Shown: positions 53,177 through 64,000 of the stretch, one piece after another
Layout of the letters: every line of letters starts with the position of its first letter
How positions within the stretch are numbered: position 1 is the stretch's first letter
Origin: Octopus vulgaris
Taxonomy: Eukaryota
Direction of reading: 5' to 3'
Length of the DNA: 64,000 nt
NCBI GenBank assembly: GCA_951406725.2
Contig: OX597834.1
Coordinates: 13,578,001 to 13,642,000 of the forward strand
The notes under the pieces: generated by a model
Databases searched by the model: none
The model's input: the letters and a program-made list of their open reading frames with translations, nothing else
What the model was told of the DNA's origin: nothing
Program-made: the position numbers and the translations under genes

Positions 53177-54000
53177 ACGGTAGAGGATTAATTAAAAATG
53201 TTAAATAAGATACTTATCAGAGATACAAACGAAACTTCATGGAAATAGGTTAGCCGCCGAGTGTAAGTCGGAGAAATCCCATTAAATTGAGAGGAATCTG
53301 ACCCTTAAGTAGGGTATTTCTCCAAAATGTGTTCCGAAGAACCAATACTTCCTCACAGCAGGTATGTTCACTAAGATCATGCACGCTGCTCTCAATCAGT
53401 ATTTAAAATATTTTTCTCCACCATTATTTATGAATAAATCTAAAACCTTCAAAATTGAAGTGTAGTTTGGACAATGAAGAAGGCGAAAATCTATCCTTTC
53501 TATCTCATGCCCCACGCAAACAGTTCCGCCAATGCCACCAGAGAGATACATCTCCCTATGCTTTCCACTTCCAATTAGACAGCGGGACAATCATCAAAAT
53601 ACAACCTTTTAAAAATTGCCTGTCATCTCTACACGTAGCTGGCAGGAACTTCAAAAAGACTACTTCCTTGCAGTGTATAACTTACGAAAGAACGACAATT
53701 TTCAGAATTATGATCATTATTTTGCCCAGCAGGGCCAAAGACCGCAAGAGCTAATCTATGAAGCGAGGTGTTGCTCAAATGTTGAATGAGTTACATTAAT
53801 AGCGAAAATGCATTTAAATATAATTGCTGCATGAAAGATGTTTATAAGTCATTTAAAAACACACAAATACCGTTAGATTCCCTTCGATGTTCAAATTCAA
53901 TTTGTCGAAATATTTTCATCGCTTTGAGACCGCGACATCGTCGCTGACTAAATTCTGTGCTGCGATTATATATAACTACACACAAACACACACACACACG

Positions 54001-54039
<39 letters not shown>

Positions 54040-54100
54040 CTCTCTAGCTTCAGCTCAGAGCTTCGGCCATGCTGATGCACCGATTCATTCAAAATTTGAT

Positions 54101-54295
54101 CGCGTGTGTACCGCTGGCGATGTTTTTCCTCTGTCTTCCCTACTCTGGATCTTTCCTTCTCCTATGTTTACTGACGAAGAGCTCCGCTCGAAACGTTAAA
54201 CCTTCCTTCTTTCCTTCTTTCCCGAGCGTCCAATAATACAATATGTTTCCACGTCCTCCGTTGTATTTGTTTGTGTTTTCATGTTTGCATTAACT
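54101..54295 (+). mobile_element. Short HHR-bearing element family E, copy with canonical core
   Basis: GTTT-a-CTGACGA-A-GAGC-tcc-GCTC-GAAA-CGT-T-AAAC at 54166-54201; runs into (TA)n(GA)n. Confidence 0.82.
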
Positions 54296-54300
54296 TTATA

Positions 54301-54373
<73 letters not shown>

Positions 54374-54429
54374 AGTTTTGTGCATCTCAACATGCATATA
54401 TAGATTTCTACCTGTAAATGAGAGAAAGG

Positions 54430-55290
54430 GTGATCATAGATAGGCATGCCCAAACGAAATCTTGGTTACCCAATTCGCATTTACTGTTGAGCGTGAGTTT
54501 GTATTCTTGTATACAGACGGCTTCAGTGACTTGTCTCAGCATTGCATCAGTGCGATGAGTGGAAAAGATGTTTAACTAAAGTATCCATAAGGAGCCATTG
54601 TGACAGTCTACAGCATGCTGGTAAAAGATGAAGTTTGGCTTCTTTTCATTGTAGTTGTCAAGGTGTTCTTTGAACCTCTCATTGATGCTCCTAGAAGTCT
54701 CACCAATATATGACTCAGGGATAATCGCGCAATCCCTTCTTGAGCTAGTATACAGCGTTTTGTTCTTTTCATCGTTCATATATGAGTTTGCAGAATATAC
54801 TTCATAATTAGTCTGACACATGATTCTATGAAATGGGTATGACTTAAATAATACAGATTTGATAGTCCTACCTGTCTTTTCTATAACTTTGATCTTAAGG
54901 CCAGTTGTTCGCAAGATTTTCTTAAATACCCTACTTAATTCGTCCGTAGGTGTAGCATCAACAAACATTACACTGTGAAACGTCTTGTCATCATACCAAG
55001 TATTATTTTTATTTCTTTTGTTTGTGTCCCTCTCGAACCTATTCCAGAACTTGTTGCGGTATAGGAAACATATACCATTTCATCATCTGTTAGAATGCGT
55101 TCGAATCTTAGTTTCGCTATTCTCTACACTCTGATTCTATCGTACTGTGTGTAACCGGAACGTTGCATTCGGAACATGTAGCGCTGGATGTGTTCTTGCC
55201 GTTCTTGTGGCTGACATAATGGGGATGCGGTCCTCATTACTCTAACTAAATCTGCCACGAGGATGTTTATTTTGGTAGTACTTGACATCG
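54430..55290 (-). mobile_element. Penelope-like element remnant: RT thumb, linker and GIY-YIG endonuclease (frameshifted)
   Basis: KINILVADLVRVMR...MQRSGY (RT C-terminus); FVDATP...IKVIEKTGRTIKSVL; SYIGETSRSINERFKEH...YQHAVDCHNG; RQVTEAVCI...LNSKCE in the adjacent frame. Confidence 0.85.
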
Positions 55291-55973
55291 CAGGTAAAAG
55301 AAAGCATACGTAGAACTGACACCCAGTGTGAATGCATTTATTACTACGAATAACAACAACAATAATTACAAAAACATGCAGTGAACGCTACTTTCTTTCC
55401 CTAATGCTTTTATACAGACATTGTTTTTAACCACAACACCATACTTGAATAGCATATCTCTTTTATTTAATTATCAGCGTGTCTATATGTCTTTCCGTTC
55501 ATGCAGCTGTGATGGACATGATAAAATGACATATCTACGCAACATTGGGATTCCGTTCAGAAAATCTCCCAAGATTCATTGTCAAATATAAATAGATGAA
55601 ATGATTAACGAAAGGACCATGTTCCTGCACAGATATGCCACTCTAATTCCATTTAACGCCACACATGATATTCTGTATAAAATCCCGTAGCAACACCGGC
55701 GAAGGAATGACATTCATCTTCGTAATCGTGACTCCAAAGACACAAATCATGTTCTGGTTAGTTCAGGTACTTTAATATGCATGATGAATATGGGGATACC
55801 TAATAACTCGTAAACTCACACATCCGTCCGCATATTAAGAATGACTTGGAACAAATTCCATCAACCCCAGAATATTTACAGGGTGTTGGCGCAAAATTTG
55901 ACAATTTTTTATGTCTGATTTTTTTTTTTCTTCTTCAGGAACAGCATGGTGTATTCGTGAAGAGTCCACACTA

Positions 55974-56192
55974 TTGGTGAGATGGCAGAAACGTTAGCGC
56001 GCCGGGCGAAATGCTCAGCGGTATTTCGTCTGCGTTCAAATTCCGCCGAGGTCGACTTTGCCTTTCATCCTTTCGGGGTCGATAAATTAAGTACCAGTTA
56101 CGCACCTGGGGTCGTTGTAATCGACTTAATACCTATGTCTGTCCTTGTTTGTCCCATCTGTGTGTAGCCCCTTCTGGGTAGTAAAGAAATAA
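55974..56192 (+). mobile_element. SINE family C monomer with small internal deletion
   Basis: tggcagaaacgttagcgcgccgggcgaaatg...gtaaagaaata. Confidence 0.9.
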
Positions 56193-56699
56193 GTATTGGT
56201 GAGAATAATAATTGAAGTTATAGGTAAGGAAATACCGACACGGAGGTCTGGAAGCCCTGTGAATTTTAAAAGAAAAATTCTTAAATTATGGCGATTCCCA
56301 TTGCCTGTAAAAATGCAGATCGATACTGCTACTCAAGTGTTCTATGGACATTGTAAAAGCTGTAAGAGGTGAAATGGACTGCTGCAAGTAGTTCTACGAA
56401 GCCATAACCAGCATAAAAGGGTACAGCCGATGTTCCAACTACTTCTGTGCGCCAGGATTCAGTCAACAAATAAGGAATAAGGTCTTAAGTTCAATTCGGA
56501 CGGCTATGTAAAGCTACTAGATATTACAGTCAATCCCTCACTAGAAAAGGTTTTTGTAGTTATCGAGGAATTTCAATGAGTTCAAAAACCGCAATTTCTA
56601 TCCTCCTTATTCTCTTCATTTTAACGTATGTATTGCTAGCGATTCAAAATATTTGCACCACCAAGAGGATGTAGTGGGAGCTATTAGATAGATGGCTAC

Positions 56700-56897
56700 C
56701 GCGTGTGTAGCGTTGGCGATTTTTTTCCTCTGTCTTCCCTTCTCTGGATCTTTCCTTCTCCTATGTTTCCGACGAAGAGCTCCGCTCTAAACGTTAAACC
56801 CTCCTTCTTTCCTTCTTTCCTCAGCGTCCAATAATACTATATTTGTTCCACGTCCTCGCGTTGTTGTGTTTTTCTGTGTTTTCTTGTTTGGATTAAC
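56700..56897 (+). mobile_element. Short HHR-bearing element family E, copy with G12 mutated
   Basis: GTTT-CCGACGA-A-GAGC-tcc-GCTC-tAAA-CGT-T-AAAC at 56765-56799; ends ggattaact then TA repeats. Confidence 0.82.
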
Positions 56898-56910
56898 TAT
56901 ATATAGATAT

Positions 56911-56959
<49 letters not shown>

Positions 56960-57230
56960 GAGAGAGAGAGTGAGAGAGACAGAGAGAGAGATATATAAAT
57001 AGATAGATAGATAGATAGATAGATAAATAGATTACCAGGAAGATAGAGAGAAACATACATAAACACAAGTAAATACATACATACGTATATACATACACAT
57101 ACATAAATACATAGATATGTGCATAGGTATATAGACAGGGGGATGGAAATGTAGACAGACAGGCAGGCAGGCATACAGACAGACATACAAAAATACAGAC
57201 AGACATATAGATAGATAAATAGATAGATAA

Positions 57231-57332
<102 letters not shown>

Positions 57333-58714
57333 CTCCCTCAATGTCAACAATTATTATACGGTTGCCGCATGAATGAAATTATTTCCATATCGTTTAAGTG
57401 TATAAGTGGTCGAGTACTTAGCGTCCCCTATTATTTGCAGGCCGTATCATAATGGCACAGTGCCTGTCAAATAGAATCCATCTCATGCCTTCTCACGACG
57501 TATTTCAACTGCACAGTTTGTTCGGCGAGAGAGATATATAGGTCAGTACGTGACTAGTGATAATTATATTTGCCCAAGAAATATACACACAGACGTTTAT
57601 AATCGAAAGTTGTACGGACATACATGAGACCAAATAATGTGGTTGTTAGCCATTAATAATCGCTCAACTAATTAATTGAATGTTTATGTGAGTTAATTTC
57701 GTATTTATGACTGGCGTTTAATTTCATAATTCATAACTGACGTGGCTGGCTAAAGCCACATTAAATTTCAAAGTAAATGAACGCCACCATAAGCTGTGAA
57801 TTTTATAATGGACATTGCTGTTTTTCTTAATAACTGTGTAAGATTGTATGTAACGTATGTATGTATGTATACGCGTATAGAAGCATCTACAGTTATCGAT
57901 TCCCTATACGTTAGCACACGTAAGCGGACGTATATGTGATAGGATGAAGTAAATCATATTAAACAAATACGCCATTGAACTTTTATAGAAGCTCACACCG
58001 ATTACCACAATCAGCATATATGATTCCTGTAATATTACTTCCATACACACTTTGATGTCTGAATCTTAATTCAAATTGATGATTACCGCGGAGGTCAATT
58101 GCAAATGTGCGCGTTGATCTATTTAGTTATTTATCTGGTCATATATTTATTTCTTGACTTCTATCTTTTTCTCTCTGTTTCCCCTCTATAAACATACATG
58201 CATAAATATATATATATATGTGTGTGTGTATATATACATATTTATATTTGTGTGAATGAGAATTTCTGTATGTATGTATGTGTTTGCATTTGTGTATAGG
58301 TGTATGTATGTGTTTTTCTGAGTCTCTATGTATATGTTAGGTATTATAATAGTTTTGCCAAACACTTTATCTAACTTCAAATGCTGAATCCGACATCGTT
58401 ATGCTTTTAAAATCCCATAAAACTAAAGGAGTTGTTTATATTTTACACGTATCATATCATAAAACAATTACCGAAATATTTACTTGATTATTAATTAAGA
58501 AATGAAATACAAAATGAACAGCCAAATTTCCACAATATGTATATATGTAAAAAGACACGAATGCAGACACACGAGTGAATACACATATGACGAATCGATC
58601 ACCGTTTTTATTAAATTTCGTTTGTTTTCATTTATGCAAATTAGGTTATCGCTCGTGGGATAAGTGGGGATAGATGCTGGAAACCTTATCTCGCTGGTTG
58701 GCAATATTTGCAGT

Positions 58715-58950
58715 CGCGCAAGACAGCGACTTGGTGATATAGTTAGCGCACCAGCCAAAATGCTTTTTATGCAATTCGTTCGTTCTTAGTCTTAGTCGTT
58801 CAAATTCCACCAGGGTGGAGTTTGCCATTCAAATTCCGCTGGAATTGACTTTGCAGTCGATAAGATAAGCACCAGCTGAACACTGGGGCAGGTGTATTCA
58901 ACTTAAGCTCTTCCTAAATTGTTGGCTTTGCACACATATTTTACATCAAT
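58715..58950 (+). mobile_element. Degenerate family C-related SINE
   Basis: gttagcgcaccagccaaaatgc...gttcaaattcc (duplicated)...gaacactgggg. Confidence 0.55.
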
Positions 58951-59898
58951 ATTTGTAGTTTCCCGTGTAGGAAAGAAATCAATACCCTGAGCGTAGTCTG
59001 TTTAGGCCTATATTGATAAATCTATTTAACTGTACTGTCATAATTCCTATTCATAGCTTAAATTGTTCCTTAGAGTGACGGTTCAAATTAGACTTTCCTG
59101 TAATCAAAGGAACGGAAAGATATACAACCCAACATGATCCATGTATTCATATGTTAGGAGACTCTCCGTAAGACGTCTAACACGTTCTCCTTTGTATCTT
59201 GGCTCTGGTATGCATCATATGACATAAGCTGTCCTTATAAATGTTTTATAAAATTGCAAGTATGTAGTTCACATATCCAAAAGATCTATCACAACTGTCA
59301 AGTGTTTATCTAATGAGTAATTCGTGTGTGGGAACTTTGAGATACATGTTATCAAGCTAAATAGATCAAGCTAAGTATATCGCCAAATTGGCTTACGCTT
59401 GCAAACTGAGTATCAGGAAATAACTAGAGGTGTAGTTTCATTTCACTGATGAAGTAGATATTCTCCTATCATTTATGCGCATGCTCAGGGAGGACGCAGC
59501 CACCTAATTATCACCGTTACGGATTTTGCTTTCTTATTTTGTGCAAAAAGAATCAAGGTCAGGGCGGATACATTTTGACTACACCTGGTATGTTATGGTT
59601 ACATAACGAAATACCGTGTCCTTAAAAGCCGCTAACATAGATCAATCATAAAGTGTTCCACAGGGTAACAGTTGAAGTATGGTCTGTGTAAGCAACTTAT
59701 TTTGCTTTCGAGAGACTGCAATGGTTTCTTTCGTTTTTTTTTTTATTGTTGACGGTGTCGAATGTAGTGGAGCTAATCTCCCGTGTATTATTTGTTTACC
59801 ATTCAGAAATATGGAAATGTAAGAAGTTTGAAATGTGTAATATAATTGCTCCAACCGATCTCAAGTGGTTTGCAGCGATACTGAAATATTATATTCTA

Positions 59899-60293
59899 CT
59901 AGCAGTATCGCCCGGCGTTGCTAGGGTTTGTAAGGGAAATAACTATATAAGCATTTTTAGAGAGTTATAGCCAAAAAATAGCAAAAAAATGCATTAAAAA
60001 TGGAAAACAAATGCTGGTAATTTTTTTTAAATCGTTGACTAATCGTAGACATTTTTAGAGAGTTATTTCCCTTATATAATAGCGAAAAAATGCATTAAAA
60101 TGGAAAAAAATGATGGTAATTCTTTTTAAAATCGTAGACTCATTGTAGACGCACGCTAATACCCAGAAGGGCTCGATATGAATCACGACAATAAGATACC
60201 CGGTTTTGGTTAAACTGCACTGCAAAATGTGGAAGTAGTTAGGAATCTAAATCGTAGGAGACAGACACACAACTTCTCTTTTATATATAAAGA
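59899..60293 (-). mobile_element. Non-autonomous Helitron
   Basis: 5' TC-tttatatataaaag; 3' CCCtAGCAACGCCGGG hairpin, 8 nt, CTAG; inserted between A and T with no TSD; internal ~100-bp tandem duplication. Confidence 0.85.
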
Positions 60294-60297
60294 TATA

Positions 60298-60445
60298 CTA
60301 GCACTACGTCGGTTACGATGACGAGTGCTCCAGTTGGTCCGAACGGCGGAACAGCCTGCTCGTAAAATTAACATGGGTGTACCTGAACGTTCCACAGATA
60401 TGCATGCTCTTAACGTAGTTCTCATGGATATTCAGCGTGACAGAA
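60298..60445 (-). mobile_element. SINE family A 3' fragment
   Basis: cgtcggttacgatgacgag...ggaacagcctgctcgt...taacgtagttctc...attcagcgtgaca. Confidence 0.8.
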
Positions 60446-60641
60446 TATGAGATGGCTAAAGGCGTGGAACTGGCAGAAACGTTAGCAAGCCGGAGCCGGC
60501 AGAAACGTTAGATATTCGAAATCAGGGGATGAAATTAATGTCTCGTGAAAATTAAGGATTGGAGAATAATCTGATGATGAGAAAAATAGTATATGTTTTT
60601 TATTACAACATTGAAATTACAATTTTAATTTCAAATATAAA

Positions 60642-61024
60642 TCTCTCTATATATAAACGGCAGTTTGTCTGTCTGCGTGTCTGTGTGTCTGTTAGGTTGT
60701 ACCCTCACTCTGACCACGGCTTTCAACCGATTCTGATGAAACTTGACACACACATAGCCCAATGTCATAATTCAAAACTAAAGCAGCGACAATTTGAAAA
60801 GTTCCCCCAGTTCTGAAAAAAATCGATAAATTCGACATGGGGTCGAGAATCAGAAACACAAACCACAGACTGTCTAGGGGACGCAACCCGACCTTTTTAA
60901 CTCTAAAAAAAAAAATTTACCATCATTTTTTTCCCATTTTTTTGCTATTTTTTGGCTATAACTCGAAAAATGCTTTATAGTTATTTCCCTTACAAACCCG
61001 AGCAACGCCGGGCGATACTGCTAG
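60642..61024 (+). mobile_element. Non-autonomous Helitron, second subfamily
   Basis: A|TCtctctatatataaa ... CCCGAGCAACGCCGGG-cgatactg-CTAG|T; shares the 3' ~120 bp with 59899-60293. Confidence 0.88.
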
Positions 61025-61420
61025 TTAATGATATTATTGTAAAATGGCATCAGCATTGAGAGAGGGCCTTACTGCTAACAATATCACTACTAAATAAGGA
61101 TTTGCGCGGTTGCTGTAAAAAGCATCGAGTATAAGGAGGTTTATTGCCAAAAGAGTTTGGCGGTATAATGAACGTAACGTATTCTCAAAAGTCAAAAGAT
61201 AGATGCGAAAAATGTAGCGGGTGGCGGAATTTTCGTGAAAATTAGAGGAATGCGGATGTCGCCGCGAACCGAATCTTGAGATTAGTTTAGAAGCAAAAAA
61301 GATTCTTACATTTATGAAAATATGATCTCCTCCGTTACCGGCTCCATAATATTCAGCTAATTCAGGCTATATTCAGAAGTAGTAAGAAGTGTATGTCTAT
61401 CGGTACAAACACCTACCGCC

Positions 61421-61494
<74 letters not shown>

Positions 61495-61508
61495 ACATAT
61501 ATACACAT

Positions 61509-61541
<33 letters not shown>

Positions 61542-61545
61542 CACC

Positions 61546-61618
<73 letters not shown>

Positions 61619-62450
61619 CATATGTGATAACATACTACATTGGCGTGTAGATTACAGGATAATGAAATATTTCATATTTCTTTTCGTACTATCATATCAT
61701 CAAAATGGAGATATTTAGTGCAGATCACAAGCGTAAAGGGTCTAATAAATTTTATTCCCTAGATAAAGTATTTACTCCTTTTCAACACCTAGAACATCAA
61801 AGTTAACTAAATAATATAGAAACATACCTAATCACTAATGCGTGAACGACAGATATATACACATGTGTGTGTGTGATTGTATTTGTGTGTATATATATAT
61901 ATATATATATATACATACATACATATATACATATATATATACATATATATACATAAATATGCATACACATATACACATATACATATATCTATATATAAAT
62001 ATATGCATATATATATCTACATATATATGGATATATATATACAAATATATATATACATACATATATATACATATATATGCATATATATACATATACATAC
62101 ATATATATACATGCATATATATACATACATACATACATAAATAAATGCATGATATGAGTGATTAACGGTGTGTCAATCGAATCTCCTAATCGCATTGCCA
62201 AGCATATATATGTAAGATATTCCTATATCATTGACCTTTTACATTGAAGGAGATCTGAAGCGGCAGACAATAGATTTTATTATTCTTTCAATACTTCTTA
62301 TGAAGCTGAGGACACTCTTCCGTTTGTATCGTAATATTACGTTGGCAAATAAATATACATTTGCATAAAAGGACGACGAACCTGTGTTGTTACATTGATT
62401 GCAAATTGTACAAACTTTGACTCGTCACTACTTGTGTTATATACTGATAC

Positions 62451-62836
62451 TGGAGGCTCAATGGCCCAGTGGTTAGGGCAGCGGACTCGCTGTCATAGCA
62501 TCGCGGATTCGATTCCCAGACCGGGCGTTGTGAGTGTTTATTGAGCGAAAACACCTAAAGCTCCACGAGGCCCTCCAGCAGGGGGTGTTGGTGATCCCAG
62601 CTGTACTCTTTCACCACAAATTTCTCTCACTCTTACTTCCTGTTTCTGTCGTACCTGTATTTCAAAGGGCCGGCCTTGTCACTCTCTGTGTCACGCTGAA
62701 TATCCTCGAGAACTACTTTAAGGGTACACGTGTCTGTGGAGTACTGAGCCACTTACACGTTAATTTCACGAGCAGGCTATTCCGTTGATTCGGATCAACC
62801 GGAACCCTCGTCGTCGTAACCGACGGAGTGCTTCCA
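62451..62836 (+). mobile_element. SINE family A, full length
   Basis: TSD tatatactgat at 62438-62448 and 62841-62851. Confidence 0.92.
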
Positions 62837-63085
62837 TCCATATATACTGATGTGTTTCTGCTTTGTCGAAATACACATATACTCAAAAACGTTCGTGATT
62901 CTATAATCCTAAACGCGAAATCCTATCTGTTCAGGGCCCCTCTATCACCCTTTACGTTTGCTCTGTATAGACATATTATAATTTTTTGGAATCACGATGA
63001 TCCCGGGATTGTATTTCTGCTCTTCAATTCGTTCTTGATCGTTCGGCATTCGGATCTGATTGAAAAGCATTTAGTTGCTATTTTA

Positions 63086-63503
63086 CCTATTTCTTTACTA
63101 CACACAAGGAGCTAAACACAGAAAGGACAAAGAAGGTCAGACAAACGGATTACCTCGATTACATCGATCCCAGTGCGTAACTGCTACTTATTTAATCGAC
63201 CCCGAAAGGATGAAAGGCAAAGACGACCTCGGCGGAATTTGATCTCAGAACGTAGCGGCAGACGAAATACCTATTTCCTTATTACCCACAAGGGGCTAAA
63301 CACAGAGGCAACATACAAGGACAGACATAGGTAATAAGTCGATTACATCGACCCCAGTTCGTAACTGGTACTTAATTTATCGATCCCGAAAGGATGAAAG
63401 GCAAAGTCGACCTCGGTGGAATTTGAACTCACAACGTAACGCAGACGAAATACCGCAAGGCATTTCGCCCGGCGTGCTAACGTTTCTGCCAGCTCACCAC
63501 CTT
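63086..63503 (-). mobile_element. SINE family C dimer
   Basis: Same gaaatagg|tatttcgtctg junction near 63262-63278; TSD ttgctattt(a)tacc at 63075-63087 and 63502-63515. Confidence 0.9.
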
Positions 63504-63829
63504 GCTATTTATACCATGTAAAACTTGACTGATTCATGCAATCCTGGTTAGTATTTTTGCAATAGAGAGCAAGGAGGAGAAAAATGACACTCGCTTTGTT
63601 GGTTTTACGTTGAGATGAGTACTCTTGGACAAATTCTCCAACAGTTGGAATTCACCTTGGGACTTGAATAATAGAATGACTGCATTACCAAATTAATTCT
63701 CATCCGTTCTTAACCTCTGAGCAAATTACGTCTATAGACATTATAGACATATTGTAATCATGCAAATTATAATTAATTGATCCTCCCATATTTTCTTTTG
63801 CTCAAATCCAAGGTCACTTCAACATCCTC

Positions 63830-63996
63830 GCCATGATAGATCGTTAGCTCCTACACGCATTGTTTTTCTCTCCTTGTTTTTTTCTGTGCATCTTTCTGTC
63901 GAAGAGCGTAGGCTCGAAACGTAAAAGACTTGTTCTATTTCTATTCCTGAGCGCCATACTAATACATTTGTTTGTTTGTACTCCACTTGCCTTCGT
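63830..63996 (+). mobile_element. Short HHR-bearing element family F, copy 3 (runs to the window edge)
   Basis: TCTTT-CTGTCGA-A-GAGC-gtag-GCTC-GAAA-CGT-A-AAAGA at 63891-63928. Confidence 0.78.
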
Positions 63997-64000
63997 AATT

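Noticed and set aside
53455-53754. 99-aa ORF faintly like a PIF1/Helitron helicase C-terminus
   Set aside because: The diagnostic TINKSQGQ and HGQLYVA motifs are absent.

Overview
This is AT-rich, repeat-saturated eukaryotic DNA, either intergenic or deep intronic. I recognise no host protein-coding exon, rRNA, true tRNA gene or CRISPR array. Nearly all listed ORFs are translations of (TA)n, (CA)n, (GATA)n or trinucleotide tracts, or of SINEs. The SINE repertoire and microsatellite load suggest a cephalopod (Octopus) genome; this is inferred from recall, not from a search. Contents: three abundant tRNA-derived SINE families (my labels A, B, C), fragments of R4/Dong-type, L1/Tx1-type and RTE-type non-LTR retrotransposons, a Penelope-like (PLE) RT/GIY-YIG remnant, Helitron pieces, a piggyBac-type MITE and a Tc1/mariner 5' end. 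The most striking signal is about 11 minimal type-I hammerhead-ribozyme (HHR)-like motifs in at least five short repeat types. They share the PLE-style layout CUGANGA-(A)-stem II-GAAA-palindromic stem III, some with core substitutions. Highlights are (i) a tRNA-headed SINE with an intact HHR in its tail (51326-51700), (ii) a 370-bp fold-back with HHRs on both strands and a branched stem II (29302-29672), and (iii) a family whose three copies all read CUGUNGA. Family names A-H are working labels only.
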